The position numbers were made by a program, and so were the translations under genes. Below are positions 21,137 through 29,917 of a stretch of DNA of 64,000 bases, in pieces. The notes below the pieces were generated by a model, which was not told the origin of the DNA, ran no database searches, and was given only the letters and a program-made list of their open reading frames with translations. This DNA comes from Candidatus Limnocylindrales bacterium. GTDB taxonomy: Bacteria; Chloroflexota; Limnocylindria; Limnocylindrales; CSP1-4. Each line of letters opens with the position of its first letter. The stretch's first letter is position 1. Location of the stretch: assembly GCA_038250545.1 (NCBI GenBank), contig JBBSCF010000014.1, positions 7,962 through 71,961 of the forward strand. The letters are read 5' to 3'.

Positions 21137-22096
21137 ATGGACGTGAGCCGCAACTCGATGCTCGGGGAGCTCGCCAGCGACGCCGCCAGCGAGCGGACCG
21201 ACTTCCTCGTGCAGGCGACGGAGCAGCTGGCCAAGTTCCTGGACCGGAACAAGGACCGGATCGCCGACCTCGGCGGCCTGACCCTCATCGACGAGGACCC
21301 GGACTACCTCTCCGTGGCCCCCGACGGCACGTTCCGCGTGCGCAGCCGCTTCGAGGATCCCGACACCGGCGAGTGGGTCTCCGAGACGGAGATCGTGGAG
21401 ACGGCGTCGGAGCTCGTGGAGCTCTACAACCCGGGCGAGGTCTATGCCGCGTTCGCCGAGGCCGCACGCGAGGCTGCGGGCGGCGAGCCGCAGCCCACCG
21501 CAGCCGACGAGCTCCTCGACACCGCCGGCGTGCCGCCCGAGGACACGTTCTCGCTGGGCGCCGATGCCGCCTACGCCTCCGCCGCCGACGAATGGGCCGC
21601 CGGCCAGCCCGTCGTGCCGGACGCCGACGACGACGAGTCCGCGGCACTCGCGCTGTACAACCTGGCCCTGGACTTCCAGGAGCGCAGCCAGGCGAGCGAG
21701 GCCCGTCTCATCGACCAGTTCCAGGACGCAACGGCACGCCTGTCGAGCATCCTCGGCGACCTGATCATCGTGGACGACGAGGACGAGCGCCTGGTGCTCA
21801 CCAGCACGGGCCGCTTCCGCGCCGAGGTCCTCCCCGAGGACAACGAGGGCGCCGATGGCGAGTGGCGCGAGCTGACCGAGCCCGAGGACATCGTGGAGTT
21901 CTACGACCCCACGGACGTCTTCGGTGACCTGGCCGACGCGCTGGCCGAGGCGTTCCCGTCGGTCGCCCCGGACGTCGACGCCGAGGCCGAGGGTGAGGAC
22001 GAGGCCGAGGGTGAGGACGAGGACGGCGACGACGACGAGCCCGAGACCGAGGCCGAGATCGAGTCCGACGGCCCGGAGAACGGTCCCCGACCCTAG
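21137..22096 (+). CDS. hypothetical highly acidic protein with an internal duplication
   Basis: GAAGGAGG SD. Two modules of about 70 aa are related to each other. The C-terminal tail is Asp/Glu-rich. Confidence 0.6.
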   Translation: MDVSRNSMLGELASDAASERTDFLVQATEQLAKFLDRNKDRIADLGGLTLIDEDPDYLSVAPDGTFRVRSRFEDPDTGEWVSETEIVETASELVELYNPGEVYAAFAEAAREAAGGEPQPTAADELLDTAGVPPEDTFSLGADAAYASAADEWAAGQPVVPDADDDESAALALYNLALDFQERSQASEARLIDQFQDATARLSSILGDLIIVDDEDERLVLTSTGRFRAEVLPEDNEGADGEWRELTEPEDIVEFYDPTDVFGDLADALAEAFPSVAPDVDAEAEGEDEAEGEDEDGDDDEPETEAEIESDGPENGPRP

Positions 22097-22135
22097 CGCG
22101 CGCCGCGCACCGGCCGGCGAGGCCCACCCGCGCCC

Positions 22136-22996
22136 ATGCGCCTCACCGGTGCCGAGCTCATCGAGAGCCGGGAGATCCTGGCCGGCACCTGGCTGCAGTC
22201 TTGGCACGCCCCCGCGATCGTCTCGGGGGCGCGTGCCGGCCAGTACGTCCACATCCGCACGACCGAGGCGGGCGGCCTCCCGCTGCGCCGCCCGTATCCC
22301 ATCGCGACCGCCGACCCGGCCAGCGGCACCCTCACGATCCAGGTTGGCGGCGGCACGGCCGCGGCCGGCGCATGGGCGCGCTCGCTCCGACCCGGCGACC
22401 GCGCGGACATCGCGGGCCCGCTCGGTCGCCCGTTCGAGGTGGACACGCGGTCCCGCCACCTCCTGCTCGTGGCCGAGGGGCCGGCGATCGCCGCGCTCCG
22501 GCTCCTGATCGACGAGGCCGTCCGCGACGCCCGGTCCGTGGTGCTGCTCTACGGCGCCGCGACGGCCTCGCAGGTCTACCCGACCAGCCTCCTGCCCGAC
22601 GAGGTGGAGTACGTGGTGGCGACGGCCGACGGCTCGCTGGGCCACCGGGGCTCGATCGCGGACGTCGTGACCGAGTACGAGGGCTGGGCGGACCAGTCGT
22701 TCGCCTCCGGCCCGACCCGGCTGCTGGGCGCGGTCGCCCGCCTGGCCGCCGGAAGGCGGGGGCGCCTGGGGGTCGCGACGCTCGGCCGCAAGCGTGGCGG
22801 CGGCCGCCCGATCGCGCCGGGGTCCCCGGAGGCCCGGCGCAAGAGCTTCCTCCAGGTCGCCGTCGAGCAGACGGTTGCGTGCGCCGCCGGCACCTGCCAG
22901 GCCTGCGCGATCATGGGCTCGTCGGGGGCCACCCAGCGGGCCTGCCGCGAGGGCCCGGTCTTCGCGGCCAACGAGCTGGACTGGGGCCCCGAGTGA
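22136..22996 (+). CDS. pyrK: dihydroorotate dehydrogenase electron transfer subunit
   Basis: RRPYPIA FAD motif and a C-terminal CAAGTCQAC...C 2Fe-2S motif. It lies immediately upstream of pyrD. Confidence 0.85.
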   Translation: MRLTGAELIESREILAGTWLQSWHAPAIVSGARAGQYVHIRTTEAGGLPLRRPYPIATADPASGTLTIQVGGGTAAAGAWARSLRPGDRADIAGPLGRPFEVDTRSRHLLLVAEGPAIAALRLLIDEAVRDARSVVLLYGAATASQVYPTSLLPDEVEYVVATADGSLGHRGSIADVVTEYEGWADQSFASGPTRLLGAVARLAAGRRGRLGVATLGRKRGGGRPIAPGSPEARRKSFLQVAVEQTVACAAGTCQACAIMGSSGATQRACREGPVFAANELDWGPE

Positions 22997-23172
22997 AGCC
23001 CAAGCGCCGGGCCGTCCCGGGGATCAGCACGAAGCGCCAGCCGACCGTCCGCCGGATCAAGCCCGCGATCCGGCCCGTGTCGCGGGCCCCGTCCATCGTC
23101 CCGGCCGCCGCGTCCCGCGCGCCGGCCCAGGTCGAGCCCGCACTCGACGCCATCGGCGGCCGCCCGGTGAGC

Positions 23173-24120
23173 ATGGAGGTGGACCTGGGCGGCGGGCTGG
23201 TCCTCGCGAACCCGGTCATCGTTGCCTCGGGGCCGTTCGGCTACGGCGTCGACGTGGCCGGCCTCGTCGATATCGAGCGCCTGGGCGCCATCGTCACGCG
23301 GGGGACCAGCCTCAAGCCCCGCGGCGGTCACCCGGCCCCGAGGATGGCGGAGGTCCCGGCCGGCCTGCTCCTGGGTGTCGGCCTGCAGAACCCGGGCCTG
23401 GAGCAGGTGCTGGAGCGGTACGCGACGGCGTGGGCCCGCTGGCCGGTGCCCGTGATCCTCAACCTGTGCGGCGAGTCCACGAGCGAGCTGGCCGAGGGCG
23501 CCCGGCGGCTCGAGGGCGTGCCCGGGATCGCCGGCGTGGAGCTCAACCTCTCGTGCCCCAACGGCCCGCGGGGCAACGCGTTCGGGCTGGACCCGCAGAC
23601 GGCCGCCAACGCCGTCTCGGCCGTGCGGCGAGCCTGCGACCTTCCGCTCATCGCCAAGCTCACCGCCGCCGCAGCCGACGTCCGCGCGATCGCGCGGGCC
23701 TGCGAGGAGGCCGGCGCCGACGCGATCAGCGCCATCAACACGCTGCCCGGGCTCGCGGTCGCGGCGGACCGCCGCGGTCCGGCCCTGGGCTCAGGCTACG
23801 GCGGCGTGTGCGGCCCGGCGCTGCGGCCGATCGCGCTGCGCGTGGTCTACGAGGTGGCCCAGGCCGTCTCGGTGCCCGTCATCGGCATCGGCGGCATCGC
23901 GACGCTGGATGACGTGCTGGACATGCTGGCGGTGGGGGCCGTGGCGGTGGGGATCGGCGTCGCCGCGCTCGCCGACCCGATGCTCCCCGTGCGTCTGGCG
24001 GACGAGCTGGCCGATGCCTGTCGTGCCCGCGGCCTGGCTGACGTCGCGGGGCTGGTGGGGACGGCGCAGCCGGCGAAGCCGTCGCCCTCGTCCTCGCGCG
24101 GCGCGGAGTACGCGCGGTGA
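23173..24120 (+). CDS. pyrD: dihydroorotate dehydrogenase B catalytic subunit
   Basis: LANPVIVASGPFGYG, GAIVTRGTSLKPRGG, LQNPG, ELNLSCPN and AINT motifs. An alternative GTG start at 22993 (GTGA overlap with pyrK) would add a basic 60-aa extension. Confidence 0.9.
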   Translation: MEVDLGGGLVLANPVIVASGPFGYGVDVAGLVDIERLGAIVTRGTSLKPRGGHPAPRMAEVPAGLLLGVGLQNPGLEQVLERYATAWARWPVPVILNLCGESTSELAEGARRLEGVPGIAGVELNLSCPNGPRGNAFGLDPQTAANAVSAVRRACDLPLIAKLTAAAADVRAIARACEEAGADAISAINTLPGLAVAADRRGPALGSGYGGVCGPALRPIALRVVYEVAQAVSVPVIGIGGIATLDDVLDMLAVGAVAVGIGVAALADPMLPVRLADELADACRARGLADVAGLVGTAQPAKPSPSSSRGAEYAR

Positions 24121-24392
24121 GCCCCTTGCTCCAGGTCCTGCTGGCCTGGCTGCTGGTCATCAACCTTGCGACGGCCGTCGCCTACGCGTGGGACAAGACG
24201 CAGGCGCGGCGGCACGGGCGGCGGGTGCCGGAGAAGACGCTGTTCCTGCTCAACCTCACCGGCGGGTTCGGCGGGGCGTGGCTCATCTTCTTCGGGATGC
24301 GCCACAAGACGCTGCACCGAAGCTTCTGGATCGTGCAGTCGCTGGCGACCGTCCTGTGGATCGTCATCGTTGTGATCGTCGCCACCCGCTGA
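24117..24392 (+). CDS. DUF1294 family membrane protein
   Basis: AYAWDKTQARRHGRRVPEKTLFLLNLTGGFGGAWLIFFGMRHKTLH is the typical DUF1294 signature. GTGA overlap with pyrD. Confidence 0.8.
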   Translation: MSPLLQVLLAWLLVINLATAVAYAWDKTQARRHGRRVPEKTLFLLNLTGGFGGAWLIFFGMRHKTLHRSFWIVQSLATVLWIVIVVIVATR

Positions 24393-24445
24393 AGCTCGTG
24401 TGAACCCCGGGCGGGTCGCGGGACTCTTGTCCTCACAGGAGGGGT

Positions 24446-24997
24446 ATGGAGGCAGACGTGGACCCGGGTGTGCTCGAACGGGCCCGGTCCGGTGACGCCT
24501 CCGCCTTCGACTCCCTGGTGGAGGCACGGGTCGGGCGCATGCTCCGGACGGCGATGGCGATCACGGGCAACGAGGCGGACGCGCGCGACGCCGTGCAGGA
24601 CGCGCTGGTGGCGGCGTGGCGAGGGCTCGGGGCGCTGCGGGATCCCGCGGTGTTCGATGCCTGGCTGACACGCATCCTCGTCAACCGCTGCCGGCGCGGG
24701 CTGCGTCGCGTGGGGCGGGCGCGGGTCCGTGAGGTCTCGACCGAGCTGGTGGCGGACGACGCCGCGCCGCGTTCCCCGGACCTCGCCGGCGGCGTCGTGG
24801 AGCGGCGGTCTCTCGAGCGGGCGTTCGACCGGCTGTCCGTGGACGAGCGGACGATCCTGGTGCTCCACCACCTCGACGGGCGGGCCGTGTCAGAGATCGC
24901 CGCCGTGCTGGAGGTCCCGGTGGGCACGGCGAAGTCACGGTTGTTCGGGGCTCGTCGTTCTCTGGAGCGGGCGCTGGCCCGGGAGGAGCCGCGGTGA
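24446..24997 (+). CDS. ECF-type RNA polymerase sigma factor
   Basis: Region 2 (DAVQDALVAAWRGL...FDAWLTRILVNRC) and region 4 (ERTILVLHHLDGRAVSEIAAVLEVPVGTAKSRL). AGGAGG SD. Confidence 0.9.
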   Translation: MEADVDPGVLERARSGDASAFDSLVEARVGRMLRTAMAITGNEADARDAVQDALVAAWRGLGALRDPAVFDAWLTRILVNRCRRGLRRVGRARVREVSTELVADDAAPRSPDLAGGVVERRSLERAFDRLSVDERTILVLHHLDGRAVSEIAAVLEVPVGTAKSRLFGARRSLERALAREEPR

Positions 24998-27453
24998 CCG
25001 GGGCGCCGATGCCTTCCGATGAGGAGTTCGCCGCGATGCTCGGGACGCGGGCGGACCGGGTGACGCCGGCCGATGCGCGCGAGGTGCTGGCGGGCGTTCG
25101 AGCCCGGATCGCGGATCCGGCGACGGGGGAGCGTGGCGGGCGGGCGTTCGGGGTGCAGCCGGTGCGGCTCGATGGGCCGGGGCTCCGGCGGCGCGGCTCG
25201 CAGGTCCCGTGGCGGCTCGCGGTCCTGGGCGTGGCAGCAGTCCTCGCGGTCGCGGTGCTGGGCGGCAGGCTCAGCGTCGGGCCCACCGGGCCGGACACGA
25301 ACGCGAGCCCCAGCGCGGGCGCGGGCGGGACCGCGACCGTGAGCCCGACCACCGGCCCGACCACCGCTTCGTCGCCCATCGCCATCCTCACGCCGGCTGA
25401 GCTACGGGCCGGGTTGACGTCGGGCGGGCTCGACGGGGGGGTCGTCATCGTCCGTTCCTTCCTCGTCCTGGATCCCATGCCGTGTCCATCGCCGGTGCCG
25501 GAGGACTGCTTCGGCACCCACGTCGAGGGCCTCGACGGCGTGCCGTTCGAATACGCGTCGGCAATCACATCGGACGCAATCGCGTCGCGCGTGGGCACCG
25601 ATGCGCCGCTCGCGCTGCGCGTCGTGGGCCGCAGCCTGTCCTTCCTCGGCTGGGTCGCGGACGGGGCGGATGGCGTTCTCGCCCCGAGTGAGCTCGCCGT
25701 GAGCGCCTCGGGCCTCGATCGCTTCGAGCTCGCCCTCGTCACCGGCTGGCTCGCGCCCGCACACGGGGAAGTCGGCTGTCAGGGGTCCCTCATTCCTTCC
25801 TGTCACGGGCCCTGGCCGCGGCTGACGGACACCCCCCCGTTCATCGGTGGCACGTGGACCGCCGGCGTGCCTGGGATCGACGTGTCCTTCCCGTCGTCGT
25901 TCGGCCTGGATGGCGACATGGAGGTCATGCCCGGCCACTTCCTCGTGACGCGCGTGGTGCAGTTCGGCGGATCCTATGCGCCGTATGGCGTCGTCGCGAC
26001 CCTGGACGGCGAGGTGCAGCACGTCGACCAGCAGGCCACCCCGGTGCCCACCAGCTCGGCGGACTACATGCGGGAGATCGAGCTCCTCCGGGCGCTGCGG
26101 AACGAGGAGCTCGACGGAAGGGTCGTCGTGGTGGACGGGCACCTGCACCTCGTCTATGGCCGATGCCTCGTTGGGGCGGGCGATTGCGTCTTCCTGCAGC
26201 TCGATGGCGTCACGGACCTGTTCATCGACAAGGGCGACCTCACGGTCGACGAGGCCGGCGCCGCGATCGCGCGCCACCCCGCCGCCGGCCCGATCGCGCT
26301 CCGGGTCACCGGCACCGCTGTCGGCTTCATCGGCTGGATCGCGGACGGGGGTGTTGATCGCCCGGTCGACATCGCGGCCCTCGCGTCGGGGAGCCTGGCG
26401 CTGCCCACCGGGGACATCGCAGTCGTGGGCGGTTGGTTGATCGGGGCGCGCGCGACGGGATCGTGCCCAAGCACAGGGGCATCGACGGTCTGCCCCGGCT
26501 CGCGGCCCTGGCTCACGGCCACCGAGCCCCTTTCGGACGGCACCGTGCTCTACGGGTCGATCGGCGTCGAGGTCGAAGTTGCCGCCACCCTGGGGCTTGG
26601 CGATGCACCCGCGGAGCTTCGCGGCCCGTTCCTCGTGCGCGCCAGCCGCGCGTCCACAGGGCCGGTCGTGCCGTACGAGGTCGTCGAGCAGTTCGTGGAC
26701 GTCGTCTCGGCGTCGTCGGCGGCAGAACCGGTCTCGCCGCCGGCCGGGTCGCTCAGCGCCGGCGAGCTGCTGACGGCGCTGGAGGACCGGTCGCTCGACG
26801 GGCGGATCATCGAGGTACACGGGACCGCCCGCATGGCCGGCGACTGCGGCTATGGCGTCGAGTGCTTGCGGTTCACGGTCGATGGAGCCCCGGGCCTGGT
26901 TCTGACGTGGGATGGGCCGCTCGCCGGCCTCGGGTCCTCGGGGACCGTGGCCACCATCGAAACGGTCACGGGCACGCTCGTGGTGCAGCCGCGGGACGGG
27001 ACGGTCCGCCTGCTTGGGCGTCTCATTGGCGACCTCGACGCACCCCTCACGATCCAGGAGGCCTTCTACCGGCGACAGCTGCTCGACACGGATCCGTTCC
27101 GGCTGACCGCGGTGTCGGGCGTCCTCACCCGTGTCGGCGGGCATCCTCCGTGTCCCACGGACGCGTCCCCTGGCAACGCGTGCGCGCTTGACGAGGTCGT
27201 CCTTTCCGACCGTGGAGCCGTTGACGGGCTGCTCCCTCCCGACGCGCCGCAGATCGCTGTCCGCATTGCCGCTGCATCCGGCATCGGTGAGGTGGCCTCA
27301 TCGGTGGTGGGTCCTTTCCTTGGGCGATACGTGGAATATGGAGCGTGCGCCGAACCAGGGGCATCCGCGGTCAACTGCTCGGACGCCCGGATCGAGTGGA
27401 CCATCCAGGCGCGCTATAGCCTCGGCGACGTCCTCAGGCTCGTTCTCCCCTGA
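24994..27453 (+). CDS. putative anti-sigma / membrane-anchored protein with a triplicated extracytoplasmic module
   Basis: GTGA coupling to the sigma gene. One TM helix (WRLAVLGVAAVLAVAVLGG). Three modules of about 225 aa are related to each other. Confidence 0.65.
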   Translation: MTGAPMPSDEEFAAMLGTRADRVTPADAREVLAGVRARIADPATGERGGRAFGVQPVRLDGPGLRRRGSQVPWRLAVLGVAAVLAVAVLGGRLSVGPTGPDTNASPSAGAGGTATVSPTTGPTTASSPIAILTPAELRAGLTSGGLDGGVVIVRSFLVLDPMPCPSPVPEDCFGTHVEGLDGVPFEYASAITSDAIASRVGTDAPLALRVVGRSLSFLGWVADGADGVLAPSELAVSASGLDRFELALVTGWLAPAHGEVGCQGSLIPSCHGPWPRLTDTPPFIGGTWTAGVPGIDVSFPSSFGLDGDMEVMPGHFLVTRVVQFGGSYAPYGVVATLDGEVQHVDQQATPVPTSSADYMREIELLRALRNEELDGRVVVVDGHLHLVYGRCLVGAGDCVFLQLDGVTDLFIDKGDLTVDEAGAAIARHPAAGPIALRVTGTAVGFIGWIADGGVDRPVDIAALASGSLALPTGDIAVVGGWLIGARATGSCPSTGASTVCPGSRPWLTATEPLSDGTVLYGSIGVEVEVAATLGLGDAPAELRGPFLVRASRASTGPVVPYEVVEQFVDVVSASSAAEPVSPPAGSLSAGELLTALEDRSLDGRIIEVHGTARMAGDCGYGVECLRFTVDGAPGLVLTWDGPLAGLGSSGTVATIETVTGTLVVQPRDGTVRLLGRLIGDLDAPLTIQEAFYRRQLLDTDPFRLTAVSGVLTRVGGHPPCPTDASPGNACALDEVVLSDRGAVDGLLPPDAPQIAVRIAAASGIGEVASSVVGPFLGRYVEYGACAEPGASAVNCSDARIEWTIQARYSLGDVLRLVLP

Positions 27454-27466
27454 AGCGGAACCCGGG

Positions 27467-27620
27467 CCGGACTCCGGGGCTCGAAAGACCCGCTGCGGAA
27501 CGGTGGTTCCCGCCCGGAGCCGGGATCGCGACCAGGTGCGGACCCGAGTCGACGGTGGTTCCCGCCCCGGAGTCCGGTTCCTTCGTCCGGCTGCGCGGTC
27601 TTCCCGCCCCGGAGTCCGGT
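27467..27620. repeat. dispersed short repeats (CCCGCCCCGGAGTCCGG family)
   Basis: GGTGGTTCCCGCCC(C)GGAG(T)CCGG is seen near 27502, 27554 and (as GGTCTTCCC...) 27597. An inverted copy, CCGGACTCCGGGG, lies at 27467-27479. Confidence 0.5.
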
Positions 27621-27747
27621 TGGGGGCGAGGGGCGAGGCGGACCCGGGAGCCGTCGACGGCCGGGCCTCCGTATCGTCGCGCGCCTATGCTCCGCGCCAT
27701 GACGGAGGATCCGCGGCGTACCCTGAACGTCCCGCCTGCGCCCGTCG

Positions 27748-28356
27748 GTGCTCGCGATCGACGAGACGCACACGCAGGTCGTTGGTGCGGGCGGGCTCAC
27801 CCGCCGCTGGGACCTCGAGCCCGACATCGTCACGATGGGCAAGTCGATCGCCGGCGGCCTGCCGTTCGGGGCGTGGGGCATGACCGAGGCCGTCGCAGAC
27901 GTGATGAAGCAGCGCAAGAGCCCGGACGGCGAGCGGTCCAACCTCGTCGCGACCGGCGGCACGATCTTCGGCAACGCGCTCGCGATGGCCGCGGCCCGCG
28001 CGGTCCTGACCGAGATCCTCACGCCCGAGGCCTACGCGCACACGCAGCGCCAGGGCGAGCGACTCGCGGCCGGGATGCGCGCCTCGGTGGAAGGGCACGG
28101 CCTCCCGTGGCACATCCACCACCTCGGGCCGCGCTCGGGCTACACGTTCCAGCCCACGCCCATCCGCTCCGGCGCCGAAGGCCGCGCCTGCGCGGACGAG
28201 CTCCTCACCCGGCTCATCCGGGTCTGGCTGGCGAACCGCGGCGTGTGGGAGGCGATCGTGGGTGCGGGACCGGTCTGCCCGGTGCCTGCGCAGGACGTGG
28301 ACGTGGACGTGTACCTCGCGGGCTGGGACGCGCTCCTGGGGGCGCTCACGGCATAG
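27748..28356 (+). pseudogene. 5'-truncated class-III (GSA-aminomutase-like) aminotransferase remnant
   Basis: Only the C-terminal half or so is present: LAIDETHT...DIVTMGKSIAGGLPFGA (PLP lysine region) through to the stop. There is an in-frame stop at 27724. No N-terminal half is encoded upstream. Confidence 0.7.
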
Positions 28357-28369
28357 AGGCCCCCGGCTC

Positions 28370-28493
28370 GGCGTCACTCAGGCCCGGGCCTGGCCGCCCG
28401 GCGTCACTCAGGCCCGGGCCTGGCCGCCCGGCGTCACTCAGGCCCGGGCCTGGCCGCCCGGCGTCACTCAGGCCCGGGCCTGGCCGCCCGGCG
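28370..28493. repeat. perfect tandem repeat, 4 x 30 bp
   Basis: The unit GGCGTCACTCAGGCCCGGGCCTGGCCGCCC is repeated head-to-tail four times without mismatch. It contains the palindrome GGCCCGGGCC. Confidence 0.95.
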
Positions 28494-28620
28494 GCCCAAG
28501 CACCGCTCGCGGCCGCTGTCCTGCTCGCCATCAGCGGCCGGACGGGGCGACTCTCGGCGCGTCTCCCGCCTCCCGCTCGCCATCAGCGAGCAGACCGACG
28601 CTCGCAGACCCTGCCTGGGC

Positions 28621-28707
28621 CGCCTGGCGGCCGGTGGGGTCCCGGGTCCTTCGCCTGGCGGCCGGCAGGGTCCCGGGTCCTTCGCCTGGCGGCCGGCAGG
28701 GTCCCGG
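28621..28707. repeat. tandem repeat, about 2.8 x 31 bp
   Basis: The unit is CGCCTGGCGGCCGG(T/C)(G/A)GGGTCCCGGGTCCTT. Copies start at 28621, 28652 and 28683 (partial). Confidence 0.9.
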
Positions 28708-28798
28708 CGGCCGTCGGCCCCGGGCGCCGATGCGCCGAGGCGGCGCCCGCGAGACCCGGCGGTGCCCCGGACCCCGGTCACGGCTAGAATCCGCCGCG

Positions 28799-29479
28799 AT
28801 GACCACCCTCCGACGCACCCTCTCCGACACCGCCCGGCGCGCCATCGCGGCCCGCACCGAGGCCCTGTTCCGATCGAGCGGCGCGCTGCGCGAGGGGCAC
28901 TTCACGCTCAAGAGCGGGCGCCACTCCGACGCCTACCTCGAGAAGTTCCAGGTGCTCCAGGACCCGGCCGCGACCAGCGAGCTGTGCGCCTTCTTCGCGG
29001 GGTTGCACACGCGCAAGGACGGCACGGCGTCGGTCGACCTGGTCGCAGGACCCACGACCGGCGGCGTCATCCTCGCATTCGAGACGGGACGCCAGCTCGG
29101 CACGCGCGCGATCTTCGCCGAAGAGGTCGCGTCCGACGCCGGCCCCCGGCGCGAGTTCCGTCGCGGCTTCTCGATCGAGAAGGGCGAGAAGGTCCTGCTC
29201 GTGGACGACATCCTGACGACCGGCGGCTCGCTGCTGGCGATGATCCCCGCGGTCGAGGCACTGGGTGGCGAGATCATCGAGTGCGTCGTGCTCGTGGACC
29301 GTTCCGGCGGGATGCAGACGCTGACCTCGCCGACCACCGGCCGCTATTACCCGCTGCGCGCGCTGTGGAACCTGGAGCTGCCGACCTACGAGCCGGGCCC
29401 CGACACCTGCCCGCGCTGCGCGGCCGGCGAGCCCGCGATCAAGCCCGGAGCCGGTGGCACGGGGCTGACGCCCGCGTGA
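28799..29479 (+). CDS. pyrE: orotate phosphoribosyltransferase
   Basis: GHFTLKSGRHSDAYLEKF and the PRPP loop VLLVDDILTTGGS. Confidence 0.9.
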   Translation: MTTLRRTLSDTARRAIAARTEALFRSSGALREGHFTLKSGRHSDAYLEKFQVLQDPAATSELCAFFAGLHTRKDGTASVDLVAGPTTGGVILAFETGRQLGTRAIFAEEVASDAGPRREFRRGFSIEKGEKVLLVDDILTTGGSLLAMIPAVEALGGEIIECVVLVDRSGGMQTLTSPTTGRYYPLRALWNLELPTYEPGPDTCPRCAAGEPAIKPGAGGTGLTPA

Positions 29480-29877
29480 GACCCGACGGGGATCGCCGCC
29501 GCCCGCGCCCCGTCCTCGGTGCCGCCGCCGTGCTGGCCCTGCTCCTCGTGGCATGCGGCGGCGCTCCCCCCACGCTCGGCACCCTCGGGACCGCGTCGCT
29601 CGTCCCCGCCGAGAGCGGCCGCCCGGCGACCCTGACTTCGCCCGTCATCGGGCGGCTCCTCGGGATCGACTCTGCGGGCCTCGGCAAGGTCGGGGGCTTC
29701 ACCCTGCGGCTGGACGACGGCACCGAGGTCGCCTTCACCATCGGCGACCTGGAGAACGGCGCGCAGTTTCCGCCCGGCCACCTCGCCGAGCACATGGCAT
29801 CGTCGTCGGCCGTGCGGGTCTTCTTCCGCGATTCCGGCGGGGTCCACGTGGTCTACCGCCTGGAGGACGGCGAGTAG
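29476..29877 (+). CDS. hypothetical lipoprotein
   Basis: GTGA overlap with pyrE. Signal peptide plus lipobox LLVAC. Confidence 0.6.
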   Translation: MRPDGDRRRPRPVLGAAAVLALLLVACGGAPPTLGTLGTASLVPAESGRPATLTSPVIGRLLGIDSAGLGKVGGFTLRLDDGTEVAFTIGDLENGAQFPPGHLAEHMASSSAVRVFFRDSGGVHVVYRLEDGE

Positions 29878-29917
29878 CGGTCGCCGGCCCATCCCAGGGA
29901 GCGCCCCGGAGCGAAGG

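Noticed and set aside
28370-28707. A possible CRISPR array.
   Set aside because: The repeats are head-to-tail with no spacers, there are no cas genes in the window, and the units are GC-rich minisatellites.
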